Part shown: one piece after another, positions 54,376 to 64,000 of the stretch | How the letters are laid out: each line of letters opens with the position of its first letter | Position numbering within the stretch: the stretch's first letter is position 1 | Virus record (IMG/VR): IMGVR_UViG_3300030943_000008 | Coordinates: 5,875-69,874 of that record | DNA from: a virus | DNA length: 64,000 nucleotides | Strand: one strand, 5' to 3' | Position numbers and translations under genes: made by a program | The notes under the pieces: model-generated | Databases searched by the model: none | Seen by the model: only the letters and a program-made list of their open reading frames with translations | Told to the model about the DNA's origin: nothing

Positions 54376-54807
54376 ATGGATATCGGGGCATCAAACGCTA
54401 ATCTGACGATTACGATCCCACCGTTGTTCACGGTGCCGCAGCAAATTCAGGGCTTCGCGGCGGACGACGTCTACGACCTCGACGAAATCGAATCCGTCGA
54501 GACATTGATGGGCGTCGATGGCGTGCTGTCCGGCGGTTTCGTGTGGAAGCCGCAGCAGCAGAGCATCACGCTGCAGGCCGATTCGGCCTCGAACGCGATC
54601 TTTGATCAGTGGTGGACCGCCATGGTGGCGGCCAAGACCACTTACGTGGCAGCCGGCGTGCTGACGCTGCCGCAGATCGGCCTCAAGTTCATCCAAACGA
54701 CCGGCTATCTGACCCGCTACAAGCTGCCCGGCGCCAAGAAACTGATTCAGCCGCGCCGCTACGAAATCACATGGAACTTAGTCGTTCCGGCGCCGTCGGG
54801 TACCTGA
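54376..54807 (+). CDS. Tail tube protein
   Basis: QGFAADD, MGVDG.LSGG, LQADS.S..FD; follows the sheath. Confidence 0.85.
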   Translation: MDIGASNANLTITIPPLFTVPQQIQGFAADDVYDLDEIESVETLMGVDGVLSGGFVWKPQQQSITLQADSASNAIFDQWWTAMVAAKTTYVAAGVLTLPQIGLKFIQTTGYLTRYKLPGAKKLIQPRRYEITWNLVVPAPSGT

Positions 54808-54808
54808 C

Positions 54809-55279
54809 GTGAGTGGCCGAAAGACTGAGCTCGTCCGCGTCCCGGAATGGGGCGGGCGGGACGCCGGGAAAATCTTCAAGATCACTGAGATGGCGGCCGG
54901 GCCGGCGGAGAAGTGGGCGCTCCGCTTTATCCTTGCGCTCAAGGGCACCACGGCGGCGATCCCGGAAAGTCTGGCACCCTACGGTATGATCGCGATCGCG
55001 ATCCGCGGCATCAACTCGTTCCTCGCCTCCGACGTCGATTATTCGAAGCTGGAACCCCTGCTCGACGAAATGTTCTCCTGCATTGAGATCGTGCGCGACA
55101 TCGCCCATCCGACCGTCGCGTCCGCGCTGATAAGCGACGACGATATTGAGGAAGTCCGAACAAGAGGCTGGCTGCGCTCGGAGGTGCTGCGCCTCCATAC
55201 GGGTTTTTCCTTTCTCGACGCCCTCTCTGTCTGGTGGGAGATGTCGAGATCACAGATGGAAGATACGCCGAATACGTGA
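54809..55279 (+). CDS. Tail assembly chaperone (short form)
   Basis: GRDAGK.F.ITEM, DIEEV.T...LR.EV..LH.GF; between tube and TMP. Confidence 0.8.
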   Translation: MSGRKTELVRVPEWGGRDAGKIFKITEMAAGPAEKWALRFILALKGTTAAIPESLAPYGMIAIAIRGINSFLASDVDYSKLEPLLDEMFSCIEIVRDIAHPTVASALISDDDIEEVRTRGWLRSEVLRLHTGFSFLDALSVWWEMSRSQMEDTPNT

Positions 55280-55449
55280 ACGTGCCGCCCCTGATCGGGC
55301 AGGCTATTTCGGGCGATGCCGGGCTTCTGACGGCCCTCAACACCACCCTCGGTCTCGAGGACTTGCACGACATCCTTGAGGTCAAGACGGTCGACGCACA
55401 TAATGCGCGGGTGGCGGCCAAGATACGCGCCAAGAACCGGGAGTCGTGA
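55201..55449 (+). CDS. Tail chaperone -1 frameshift extension (G-T type)
   Basis: Slippery G GGT TTT at 55201-55207; -1 frame open to TGA 55449 with LEDLHDILEV. Confidence 0.75.
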   Translation, partial: GFFLSRRPLCLVGDVEITDGRYAEYVNVPPLIGQAISGDAGLLTALNTTLGLEDLHDILEVKTVDAHNARVAAKIRAKNRES

Positions 55450-55452
55450 TCC

Positions 55453-57084
55453 ATGTCGGGAACTGTGATCGACAGCCTGGTTATTTCCCTCTCGCTTGAT
55501 ACCGATAAGTTCACGGACGACCAGCGCAAGGCCATCAACGCGCTGCGCGGGTTTCAGGATGCTGCGCACCGCGGCGCCAACGAGGCGGAGTCCAACACCA
55601 AGAAGATGGGCAACGCGATTTCGGACCTGAAGCGCGAGGCGCTCGGGCTGGTGTCGGTGTTCCTCGGCGGCCGTGGCGTGAAGGAGTTCTTCGGCTACGT
55701 CACCAATTTGGACGCGGCGACCGGCCGGCTGTCCAAGACGATGGCGACGAACGTCGAGGAAGTGTCCGCTTGGCAGGGCGCCGTGAAGCAGGCCGGCGGC
55801 ACCGCCGAGGGCGCCAGCAGCGCACTGGCGGGTCTTTCGGGCGAGATGAGCACTTTCCAGTTGACCGGCCAGTCCGCGATGCTGCCTGTGCTGTCGCGGC
55901 TCGGATTGTCGCTCTACGACCAGCAGGGGAAGCTCAAGACATCGACGCAGCTTTGGCTGGAACTGGCTGACAGCGTCAAGGGCATGGATCCGCGCCAAGC
56001 GCAGGCCTTCCTGCAGATGATCCCCGGCGCCAACCAGGACATGATCAACTTCGCGCTGCTCGGGCGTAAAGCGATGGAAGGATATCTTCGAGACTCGCGA
56101 TCAGCGGGAATTACGACACGTGAGGCGGCAGCGGCCGCGATTGAATATGAGCGAAACATTTCCTTGCTAGAACAGTCTGCGACTGGATTAGGCCGAACGC
56201 TCGTAAATCTTTTGACTCCGGCTCTGTCGAAAACCGCCAACTCGATGAGCAAACTATTTTCTGCATGGCAGGTTGATCCCAAAAGTCCTGAGGGTGTGGA
56301 AAATGCACCAAAGTCTAGGGATAATTTGGTTAAGAGATTTGGAAGCCCACGAAAATTTGTAAACGATTTAGGTGAGTTTTTTGGGATGGGAAAAGGCGTT
56401 GGGGACCGCGCCTACGGGCCTGAAGGCAATGATGAAAAGGATACGGCGCGAGCAGTTCTATCTGCCAAAATGCGTGCTGACGCCATGCGGAAAGCAGCGA
56501 CTGCGGCCGACCCGACTTCTTCCGGCGCAAGGATGCCAGGATACGAAACGTCGGCGACTGAAGTCGAGCGTATGATCCGCGCCGCGGCGATCAAGCGCGG
56601 CATCGATCCTGAAACCGCCATGTCGGTGGCCAAAAGCGAGGGTTTTTTCAATTATAAGAGCACGGTGCCGGGGGAAGACTCGACGGGTCCGTTCCAGCTT
56701 TATCATGGGGCCAAAGGCGGCGGCGGGCTGGGGACCGCGTTCAAGAAGCAGACCGGCCTCGACGCGCACGATCCCTCGACGGTGCCGCAGCAGATCGACT
56801 TCGCACTGGACTACGCAAAATCGAACGGCTGGGGGGCCTGGTACGGTTGGAAGGGTCTTCCCTACGCCGGCATCGGCGGCCCGCGGCCAGGCGCAGGCGC
56901 AGCGGCCCGTGGGATGCCCGGCAGCAGCGGTCCAGCCGGCAACACATCGTCGGCAACCGTCACCATCGGCACCGTGCAGGTAAACGCGCCAAATGCTAAG
57001 GATGCGACAGGAATCGCGCAGGAAATCGAACCGGCGCTGTCGCGCGCCGTCACGGCCGGTGCCGCAAACTTTGGGCAGAACTGA
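55453..57084 (+). CDS. Tape measure protein with C-terminal lysozyme-like domain
   Basis: VIDSLVISLSLD start; helical body; AKSEG...STGPFQL...GWGAWYG. Confidence 0.85.
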   Translation: MSGTVIDSLVISLSLDTDKFTDDQRKAINALRGFQDAAHRGANEAESNTKKMGNAISDLKREALGLVSVFLGGRGVKEFFGYVTNLDAATGRLSKTMATNVEEVSAWQGAVKQAGGTAEGASSALAGLSGEMSTFQLTGQSAMLPVLSRLGLSLYDQQGKLKTSTQLWLELADSVKGMDPRQAQAFLQMIPGANQDMINFALLGRKAMEGYLRDSRSAGITTREAAAAAIEYERNISLLEQSATGLGRTLVNLLTPALSKTANSMSKLFSAWQVDPKSPEGVENAPKSRDNLVKRFGSPRKFVNDLGEFFGMGKGVGDRAYGPEGNDEKDTARAVLSAKMRADAMRKAATAADPTSSGARMPGYETSATEVERMIRAAAIKRGIDPETAMSVAKSEGFFNYKSTVPGEDSTGPFQLYHGAKGGGGLGTAFKKQTGLDAHDPSTVPQQIDFALDYAKSNGWGAWYGWKGLPYAGIGGPRPGAGAAARGMPGSSGPAGNTSSATVTIGTVQVNAPNAKDATGIAQEIEPALSRAVTAGAANFGQN

Positions 57085-57785
57085 TGGCGAATGTCCCGAA
57101 TGTCCCCGGAGTGCCTTCGCTGTCCAGCTACAGCGGCGGCGGCGCGGTGCTGGCGCTGACCGATTCCCTCCTGCTGCTGAGCGCCATCCTGCCGTCTACG
57201 TGGGGCATCTACATCGACGGAACGCCGGTGATTACGCCGGCGAACCAGCTCACGCAATTGCTGGCCCCGACGCTCGCGACTGTTTCGCAGATCGCTTCGC
57301 TGGTCGGCTTGCCGAACATCGTCCCGGTGATCGCCTCTACGGTTGACTTCGAGTATGCGGCGCGGTCGCCGATTTCAAATTACCAGCAGCAGGCGGGCGC
57401 GTTCCAAAGCTATAACAAGGTGCAGTTGCCGGCCGAGATCACGGTCAAGATTGCGTGCGGCGGGGCCGCATCGCAGCGCGCTTCGTTCCTGAATACGCTC
57501 GAATCTTTGCGGACATCGACCACGCTGGTTGATATCGTGACGCCTGAGCAGGTGTTCCAAAGCTACAACTGCACGCAATATGACTATCGGCGCCGGGCCG
57601 AGAACGGCGTCACGCTGATCGTCGCCGATGTGCGGTTCGAGCTAGTTCCGGTGACCGCCACGGCCCAGTTTTCGAATACGCAGCAGCCAGGAAATGCCGG
57701 TCAGCAGTCGGTCGGAAACGTACAGCCGCAGGACGCACCGGCTTCCTTCTCTGATCGTTTCAATGCCGTCGGAGGGGTGAACTGA
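57084..57785 (+). CDS. Tail tube initiator / Dit-like baseplate protein
   Basis: GAFQSYNKV..P, IVTPE, YDYRR...GV. Confidence 0.75.
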   Translation: MANVPNVPGVPSLSSYSGGGAVLALTDSLLLLSAILPSTWGIYIDGTPVITPANQLTQLLAPTLATVSQIASLVGLPNIVPVIASTVDFEYAARSPISNYQQQAGAFQSYNKVQLPAEITVKIACGGAASQRASFLNTLESLRTSTTLVDIVTPEQVFQSYNCTQYDYRRRAENGVTLIVADVRFELVPVTATAQFSNTQQPGNAGQQSVGNVQPQDAPASFSDRFNAVGGVN

Positions 57786-58105
57786 TGCAGACAATCCCAC
57801 TCCGTCCGCTGCCAAACCAAACGCTGCAAGCGCAGGTCAACGGGCAGCCATGCACCATCGATGTCGTCCAGATGGCCTATGGCCTGTTCATGACGCTATT
57901 CGTCAGCAACACGCCGATCATCTATAACGTGATCTGCCTGAACCGGAATAGAATCGTGCGTTCGGCATATCTCGGGTTCACGGGCGATTTCTGCTTCTAC
58001 GATACGCAAGGTGACACCGATCCGGTTTACACCGGTCTCGGTGATGCGGACGCCCGCTACCAGCTCGTCTACCTCGACCCGACCGAACTGCCGGCGGAGG
58101 CTTGA
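57785..58105 (+). CDS. Baseplate protein
   Basis: IPL.P.PNQ, YLGF.GD..F.DTQG..DP.YTGLG. Confidence 0.75.
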   Translation: MQTIPLRPLPNQTLQAQVNGQPCTIDVVQMAYGLFMTLFVSNTPIIYNVICLNRNRIVRSAYLGFTGDFCFYDTQGDTDPVYTGLGDADARYQLVYLDPTELPAEA

Positions 58106-58108
58106 CGG

Positions 58109-59053
58109 ATGAGTTTCGTCGAAAGGCAGATCACGGTCGCCATCAAGCTTGCGACGAACACGCAGACAAACCAGCCGAACAAATTCTCGGAGAGCGGGAC
58201 CGACACCGTGACACTGATCGGATCACGAACCAGCGTCCGGGTTACAAACTCGGGATCCCCGGTCGGTGGTCGCGCACAGGTCCGGATATGGGGGCTGACG
58301 CCAAGCATCATGAACCAGCTCGCCACCCTCGGATTGGTGGTCAATCTCGTCCCGCGAAATACCGTCACGGTATCAGCGGGCGACAAAGGCGGCTCTCCAT
58401 CCGTTGTTTTCTCCGGAACGATCTGGGCGTCATACGGGGATTACACCTCACAGCCCGACGTACCCTTCATCCTAGAATGCCTGTCGGCCGGCGCCGAGGC
58501 TGTTGTTCCGGCCACGGCTTCCAGTTTCTCAGGAATGACGGATGTCGCCACGATTATGAGTGGAATCGCGCGGCAGATGAACATGGGGTTCGAAAATAAC
58601 GGCGTCTCGGTCCAGATATCGAATCCCTACTATTCTGGTTCAGCGCGCGAGCAGGCGCGGAAGTGCGCCGAGCAAGCCGGCATCAATTGGGGAATCGATG
58701 CCAAGGGGCTTTCAATCTGGCCCCGAGGCGGAAATCGAAATACGCCGAACGTTCCGGTGATCTCGCCGGCAACAGGCATGGTTGGATACCCGGCGTTCAC
58801 GCAGCAGGGCATCATCGTGCGCACGCTGTTCAATCCGCAAATTTCGTTCGGAAGCCTGATCAGGGTCGAGAGCGACTTGCTCACAGGCTTGAAGGCTGCG
58901 CAGGGCGCGCAAAATGCAACGTCGTTTCCGAGCCAATGGGCGATTAATAAACTCGACCTGGCTCTTGATGCCTACGTGCCGAAAGGCGACTGGATGTCGA
59001 CGATTTACGCTTATAATCCCGGCTACGCAAAATCGATCATTCCACCTCCATAG
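58109..59053 (+). CDS. Baseplate hub protein
   Basis: IWGL...MNQL, AGD, FENNGV, TGMVGYP. Confidence 0.8.
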   Translation: MSFVERQITVAIKLATNTQTNQPNKFSESGTDTVTLIGSRTSVRVTNSGSPVGGRAQVRIWGLTPSIMNQLATLGLVVNLVPRNTVTVSAGDKGGSPSVVFSGTIWASYGDYTSQPDVPFILECLSAGAEAVVPATASSFSGMTDVATIMSGIARQMNMGFENNGVSVQISNPYYSGSAREQARKCAEQAGINWGIDAKGLSIWPRGGNRNTPNVPVISPATGMVGYPAFTQQGIIVRTLFNPQISFGSLIRVESDLLTGLKAAQGAQNATSFPSQWAINKLDLALDAYVPKGDWMSTIYAYNPGYAKSIIPPP

Positions 59054-59061
59054 GACGACAT

Positions 59062-59772
59062 ATGGCAACGGACCCGACCTCAAATAGCGGAAGCGTCGGA
59101 GCTGGTCAGCAGTATCCGTCCGACTCGAACAGCGAGTTTGACGTGATCTGCTTCATTGTTCGCCAGATGATGTCGACGCTGGAAACCATGAAACTCGTCA
59201 AGATCACAGCGGTGCACGGTGGCGGCGGAGCCATCGCCAAGGCAGGCACTGTCGACGTCCAGCTTTTGGTCAATCAACTTGATGGTGCCGGGAACGCCAC
59301 CCCGCACGGCATCGTCTACGGCATTCCGTGGTGGCGGCTGCAGGGCGGCACCGGCGCGGTGATCTGCGACCCGGTGGTGGGCGATATCGGCTATGTGCTG
59401 TGCGCCGACCGCGACATTTCGAACGTCAAGACAGCGGTTGAAGCCGGGAAATCGGCGCAAACCAATCCGGGGTCGTTCCGGAAATACAGCGTCTCTGACG
59501 GGATTTACGTTGGCGGCTGCCTGAACGGCGTTCCGACGCAATATCTAGCTTTCACCGCGGATGGCATCCTGTGGACCGATGCGGCCGGAAACGTGCTAAA
59601 GAGCACTTCGGCAGGATTCGAGATGACACCGGCCGGTGGCATATTCAAGGTGAACGGACAGATTCAGGCGACCGGCGAGGTAACGGCGAAATTCGGTACC
59701 GGGGCGTTCGTCACTCTGTCGCAGCATCGGACGGCCACACTCAATACTACGCCGCCAGTTCCAGGGACCTGA
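59062..59772 (+). CDS. Baseplate spike protein (gpV/Gp138-like)
   Basis: RLQGG...VICDP.VGDIG...ADRDIS, NPGS.R..S.SDG. Confidence 0.85.
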   Translation: MATDPTSNSGSVGAGQQYPSDSNSEFDVICFIVRQMMSTLETMKLVKITAVHGGGGAIAKAGTVDVQLLVNQLDGAGNATPHGIVYGIPWWRLQGGTGAVICDPVVGDIGYVLCADRDISNVKTAVEAGKSAQTNPGSFRKYSVSDGIYVGGCLNGVPTQYLAFTADGILWTDAAGNVLKSTSAGFEMTPAGGIFKVNGQIQATGEVTAKFGTGAFVTLSQHRTATLNTTPPVPGT

Positions 59773-59775
59773 TCA

Positions 59776-60159
59776 ATGGCGAGTACGCTGCTTTTGGACG
59801 CCGTGTCGTGGGATATTTTGCTCGATAGCAATTCGAATATTGCGGTCGCGGAAGAGCCCTACGCGCTTGCGCAAGACGCAGCCAGCGCGATCAAGACGTT
59901 TCTCGGCGAGGTGTACTGGGATACGACTATCGGCGTCCCGTATCTGACGCAAATACTTGGTAAGAATCCGCCGCTGCCGCTGTTGAAGCAGCAACTCGTC
60001 ATAGCTGCGCTGACTGTTCCGGGCGTGATCTCGGCGCAGGTTTTCATTAATTCGCTGTCGGATCGCTTGATCTCCGGACAGGTGCAGGTCACGAATACGG
60101 AAACCGGCGAGGTCTCGGTCGCGCCGTTCGCGGCTACCAACCCACAAGGAATCGGCTGA
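59776..60159 (+). CDS. Baseplate wedge initiator (gp25-like)
   Basis: WD..LD..NIA, F.GE..DT..GVPY, VPGV. Confidence 0.8.
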   Translation: MASTLLLDAVSWDILLDSNSNIAVAEEPYALAQDAASAIKTFLGEVYWDTTIGVPYLTQILGKNPPLPLLKQQLVIAALTVPGVISAQVFINSLSDRLISGQVQVTNTETGEVSVAPFAATNPQGIG

Positions 60160-61802
60160 TGACCGTCGGCACCAACGTTCCAAGCGTTACCTTCGGACCG
60201 ATCGGCTTCGTGACGCCGGATGGTCCCGCGATCTTGGCTGGCGAGCAGCAGGACATCAATGCGGCATTCAACAACACGCTGAATTACCAACTCACGACGC
60301 CGCAGGGGCAGTTAGCAGTCAGCTACGCGGCGGTGATCCAAAACGTATATCAGATTTTCTGCTACTACACGCAACAGGTCGACCCCGCTTATTCGTCGGG
60401 CCGGATGCAGGACGCGATCTGTCGCATCTACGACCTTGAGCGCGATCCGTCCGAGCCGACCGTTCTGCAGATCAACTGCACGGGCGGCAATGTGCTGCTG
60501 CCTGCCGGTTCGCAGATCAAGGATACTTCTGGAAATCTCTATCGCAGCACTGACGACATCACGATCCCGGTAACTGGATCAATCGTCGGATCGTTCTCAT
60601 GCACGCTCCCGGGGCCGGTGCCGGTGCCAAGCGCAAATTCGGTTTCGATCTATCAGGCGATTCCCGGATGGGACACCGTCACGGTAGTGTCGGGCATTCA
60701 GGGCGTTGACGTCGAAAGTCGCCAATCCCTTGAGTTGCGCCGGCAGGATTCAGTTGCTGGAAACAGTTTCGGTGCCATCGGATCCATCATCGGTGCAGTC
60801 GCTAAGGTGCCTGGTGTGCTGGACTATTATGGATACAACAACAACACGGCAGCACCGGTCACCATCAAGGGCGTGACGATTTCGGCATATTCGATCTACA
60901 TCTGCGTGGCAGGCGGATCAATGCAGGATGTCGGGACCGCGATTCTGAGCAAGAAGGGCGGCGGTGCGCCGATGGTCGGTAACACCACAGTAGTGGTCTA
61001 CGATGAAAATCCGCTCTACGCGGAGCCGATCCCGTACACGATCATTTACCAAATTCCGGCGCCGCTGCAGACGTTGTGGCGGGTTCTGATCGTCACCGGT
61101 CCGACCGTTCCGTCGAACGCTGCCCAACTCGTGCAGGACGCCTTGATCGCCGCGGTGACGGGGCAGAGCACCGTGCAGCCGACTCCGCCGAAGGCGCGCA
61201 TCGGCGCCGTCATCTACGCGTCGAGCTATGTCGGGGCCATCAATGCGCTAGGAACATGGGCGCAGGTCGCATCCATCACGATAGGCTCCGCGAACACCCC
61301 CGGAGCCGTCGTGGTCGGACATATCGCCGGTACGCTGCTGACCGTTACGGCGGTGACATCAGGCACAATTGCGGTCGGCCAGGCGCTAACTGATCCGCTG
61401 GGCCTGATCCTGAACGGAACGTCGATCGCGTCGTTTGGCACCGGCAGCGGTGGGATCGGAACCTACAACCTCAACCAATCCCAAACCGTTGCGGGAGCGA
61501 CTTTCACGGGTACCGGATCGGGAACGAATTTGACCGTTACGGCGGTCACTGGGGTGATCGGCATTGGCAATGTGATCTCGGGCACCGGTGTCACGTCCGG
61601 GACGACGATCGTGTCACAGACCTCTGGCACCACCGGCGGCGCCGGCGTCTACGTGACTTCCGTGGCAACCACCTCGTCCGGAGCCGCGATTACCGCGAAC
61701 TCGCCGGTCAGCGCCTCAGCGGCCGACAGAACCAACGTCAACGTTCGCGGCGATCAGATACCGCAGATCACTGCTGCGAATATCTCGGTGGGACTATCCT
61801 GA
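60159..61802 (+). CDS. Baseplate J-like protein with two inserted beta modules
   Basis: TPQGQLA, GRMQDAI.RIY, IYQAI.GWD, G..VES...E.RR. Confidence 0.88.
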   Translation: MTVGTNVPSVTFGPIGFVTPDGPAILAGEQQDINAAFNNTLNYQLTTPQGQLAVSYAAVIQNVYQIFCYYTQQVDPAYSSGRMQDAICRIYDLERDPSEPTVLQINCTGGNVLLPAGSQIKDTSGNLYRSTDDITIPVTGSIVGSFSCTLPGPVPVPSANSVSIYQAIPGWDTVTVVSGIQGVDVESRQSLELRRQDSVAGNSFGAIGSIIGAVAKVPGVLDYYGYNNNTAAPVTIKGVTISAYSIYICVAGGSMQDVGTAILSKKGGGAPMVGNTTVVVYDENPLYAEPIPYTIIYQIPAPLQTLWRVLIVTGPTVPSNAAQLVQDALIAAVTGQSTVQPTPPKARIGAVIYASSYVGAINALGTWAQVASITIGSANTPGAVVVGHIAGTLLTVTAVTSGTIAVGQALTDPLGLILNGTSIASFGTGSGGIGTYNLNQSQTVAGATFTGTGSGTNLTVTAVTGVIGIGNVISGTGVTSGTTIVSQTSGTTGGAGVYVTSVATTSSGAAITANSPVSASAADRTNVNVRGDQIPQITAANISVGLS

Positions 61803-62467
61803 TGTCGGGGCCTCCGTATCCACACCCGAAGCCGGCGCCTGGGTCGAACGCTATCGGCTCTTTCATCATCGGCGTGAGTCCGATCGGAACGATCCCGCCG
61901 TTTGATGTCTGGGAAACGGTGATCTCCCAGTATGCAAATTCGCCCACGTTGACGGATCTGATCCAGTCATTCAATGCGGCAATGGACCAGACGCAAAACT
62001 TCGATGCCTTTTATGATCAGATATGGAATGTCATCTCAGCACAGGGCTACGGTCTTGATATTTGGGGCCGGATCGTCGGTGTCGTTCGCGCTCTCTCGGT
62101 GCCTGGTGATCAGGAATATTTTGGGTTTGCGGAAGCCGGTATTAACGTCTCCGGATTTAACCAGCAGCCATTCTATTCGGGCGCCACACTGACGAACAAT
62201 TTTGACCTGGCAGACGATGCTTTCCGCGTGCTAATCTTAGCAAAGGCGTTTGCGAACGTCTGCGATGGATCGATCCCGGCCACCAACAGTCTTTTGCTAT
62301 CACTTTTCCCGGGACGGGGAGCGTGCTATGTGCGGGATAACCAAGATATGACGGTCGACTATGTTTTCACGTTCGTGCTGCAGCCCGTCGAACTTGCTAT
62401 CTTGTCGCAAACTGGCGTTCTTCCGACCGCAACCGGCGTTGACTACGATATCCAGCAAATCATCTGA
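61802..62467 (+). CDS. Baseplate wedge protein (DUF2612)
   Basis: ISQYANSP, AQGYGLDIWGRIVG, L.D..FR.LILAKA..N. Confidence 0.88.
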   Translation: MSGPPYPHPKPAPGSNAIGSFIIGVSPIGTIPPFDVWETVISQYANSPTLTDLIQSFNAAMDQTQNFDAFYDQIWNVISAQGYGLDIWGRIVGVVRALSVPGDQEYFGFAEAGINVSGFNQQPFYSGATLTNNFDLADDAFRVLILAKAFANVCDGSIPATNSLLLSLFPGRGACYVRDNQDMTVDYVFTFVLQPVELAILSQTGVLPTATGVDYDIQQII

Positions 62468-62479
62468 GGAAATTTTGCC

Positions 62480-63670
62480 ATGCAGCTGACTGACATCCCG
62501 GCAAAATTCCCGATACCGTTTGCCAACGCTGCCGGCGGCGGTTTCATCCGACCGATCCCGACCGCGTCGCAGATCGGTGTCAATGCGGGATACGCGTCCC
62601 TGACTGACGGATTTCCGCCACTAAACTTTACGCCTGTGGCGGCCGGTGGCGTCCCGCCGTTCGGCCAGGACATGAACGGCATCCTGAATCAGGCCACAGC
62701 GTGGAATCGCTGGGCAAGCGCAGGCGGGAACAACATCTACGATTCAGGGTTTGCGTCATCAATCGGAGGGTATCCAGCCTATTCGACTTTGATGTCAGCT
62801 GTCGTTCCTGGAAACATGTGGATGTCGATCGTCGATAATAACTCGACCGATCCTGATTCCATGAGTTCGTCAGGATGGGTCGTTGCTCCGGGCACCGCGG
62901 GGACTGGCACCGTCACATGGCGAGCCGATTCTAATATTCCCTACGGTTGGATTGCGCTTAATAACGGAAACATCGGCAACGCAGCATCCAACGCACTTAA
63001 TCTCGCGAGTTCTACGGCGTTATTTGCCTTCCGATATTTCTGGAACAACTTCAGCAATACGCAATGCCCGACGCTCACAAGCGCGGGCTCTTCAGTCGCT
63101 CGCGGCGCTAATGCCGATGCTGATTTCAATGCAAACAAGCGAATTGTAGTGCTGGATTTTCGCTGCACAACTCCGAAAGGTGTCGACACGATGGGCAGCG
63201 GAGTCCCATCCGGACTCCTGTCTGGCGTTCCTTCGCAGAACGGTTTGAGCGCGTCGACGCCAGGCGCTATCTTTGGTGAAAATACGCACGTCCTGTCGGT
63301 CGTTGAACTGGCTGCGCATCTTCATAACGGCTCGCTGACGACGGGAGCCGAATCCGCGGTACACATTCACTCCCTCAGCGGCGTTACCGATGGAATGAAC
63401 GCCGGTGACCCGCATTCTCACTCGTCAAATGCAAATACAAATAATAGTGGAATGAGCGGCGGCGGCGGTTCGCAGATAGGAACGTCTCCGGCCGGAGCCA
63501 CCATTTCGGCCTCCAGCGTTAACCATGGTCACTCCTACGCGACCACAACAACGGCTGAATCTGCTCCGCACGCGCATAGTTCGTTATTCGCTACGGATCC
63601 AACGGGTAGTGGCAATGCGCATAACACGACTGATCGGTCGATGCTTGGCTTTATCCTGATGAAATTGTGA
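62480..63670 (+). CDS. Tail fibre protein with collar domain and HxH motifs
   Basis: DGFPPL...AGG.PP.GQDMNGIL N-terminus; IPYGWI collar; GENTH.L...EL.AH.H; five HxH motifs; lower GC distally. Confidence 0.8.
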   Translation: MQLTDIPAKFPIPFANAAGGGFIRPIPTASQIGVNAGYASLTDGFPPLNFTPVAAGGVPPFGQDMNGILNQATAWNRWASAGGNNIYDSGFASSIGGYPAYSTLMSAVVPGNMWMSIVDNNSTDPDSMSSSGWVVAPGTAGTGTVTWRADSNIPYGWIALNNGNIGNAASNALNLASSTALFAFRYFWNNFSNTQCPTLTSAGSSVARGANADADFNANKRIVVLDFRCTTPKGVDTMGSGVPSGLLSGVPSQNGLSASTPGAIFGENTHVLSVVELAAHLHNGSLTTGAESAVHIHSLSGVTDGMNAGDPHSHSSNANTNNSGMSGGGGSQIGTSPAGATISASSVNHGHSYATTTTAESAPHAHSSLFATDPTGSGNAHNTTDRSMLGFILMKL

Positions 63671-63677
63671 GATTGCC

Positions 63678-64000
63678 ATGACGTTCAAGGTAGCAAAATC
63701 AACGATCACGGAAAGATTCGGTGATCAATATTCGACTTTGGTTTCTGCCTATTCGGGGGAGATCAAGGAATGGCGAGATCGAGAAGTCTTGGTGAAGCAG
63801 GACAAGGAAAACGGGGTTCCGATTGAGGACGCGCATGCCTCATTTCCCCCACCGATCGCGCACCCATTGATCGTTGCGGCCATCAACGAATCCGGAGATC
63901 CGGATTTCATCGTTGATGACGATACGCCGACTGCCGATGATCTTTTGCCGTATAAGAAGGATGTACTCCTATCAATGCTGCAACAAGCGGAGGATTTTGT
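63678..64000 (+). CDS. Hypothetical protein, 3'-truncated (possible fibre chaperone)
   Basis: Open frame from ATG 63678 to the window end. Confidence 0.5.
   Translation, partial: MTFKVAKSTITERFGDQYSTLVSAYSGEIKEWRDREVLVKQDKENGVPIEDAHASFPPPIAHPLIVAAINESGDPDFIVDDDTPTADDLLPYKKDVLLSMLQQAEDF

Noticed and set aside
1-64000. Integrase, att sites, CI repressor, tRNA or rRNA genes
   Set aside because: None recognised by eye; they may lie outside the window, and a tRNAscan run would be needed to exclude tRNAs

Overview
The whole window is most of a ~62% GC tailed phage genome with a contractile tail and a Bcep781/PB1-like structural gene set (DUF1073 portal, MuF, DUF2213 protease, DUF2184 capsid, DUF3383 sheath). 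The host is probably a Bradyrhizobium-related alphaproteobacterium; this is inferred from two secreted-protein families and the GC content. Layout: lysis/envelope-type genes including a papain C1A protease (1-3.6 kb); a leftward early operon with HerA-like ATPase, lambda-exonuclease, ERF and HIRAN (3.8-13.4 kb); a divergent promoter switch, a Cro-like gene, RusA, methyltransferase, replication initiator and iteron origin (13.4-18 kb); accessory genes including an Acb2/Tad1-like sponge candidate; TerS; TerL with an Ala-start intein; a head module interrupted by many accessory genes; then tail, baseplate and fibre. No integrase, CI repressor, classical endolysin, tRNA or CRISPR array was recognised. 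The three strongest signals are: (1) a head-morphogenesis-linked ADP-ribosylation kit, in which the prohead protease is fused to an R-S-E ADP-ribosyltransferase and a Nudix hydrolase, a macrodomain is coupled to MuF, and a shared 'F.ESDHPR...G.FGSGG' tag sits on cargo of both portal and protease next to putative x-x-D cleavage sites; (2) one ~65-aa Gly/Thr-rich beta module inserted about 10 times into five different virion proteins, partly nested inside itself; (3) a 14-bp operator-like motif in or next to the spacers of several dispersed sigma70-like promoters. All family calls come from motif recognition by eye, not from database searches.
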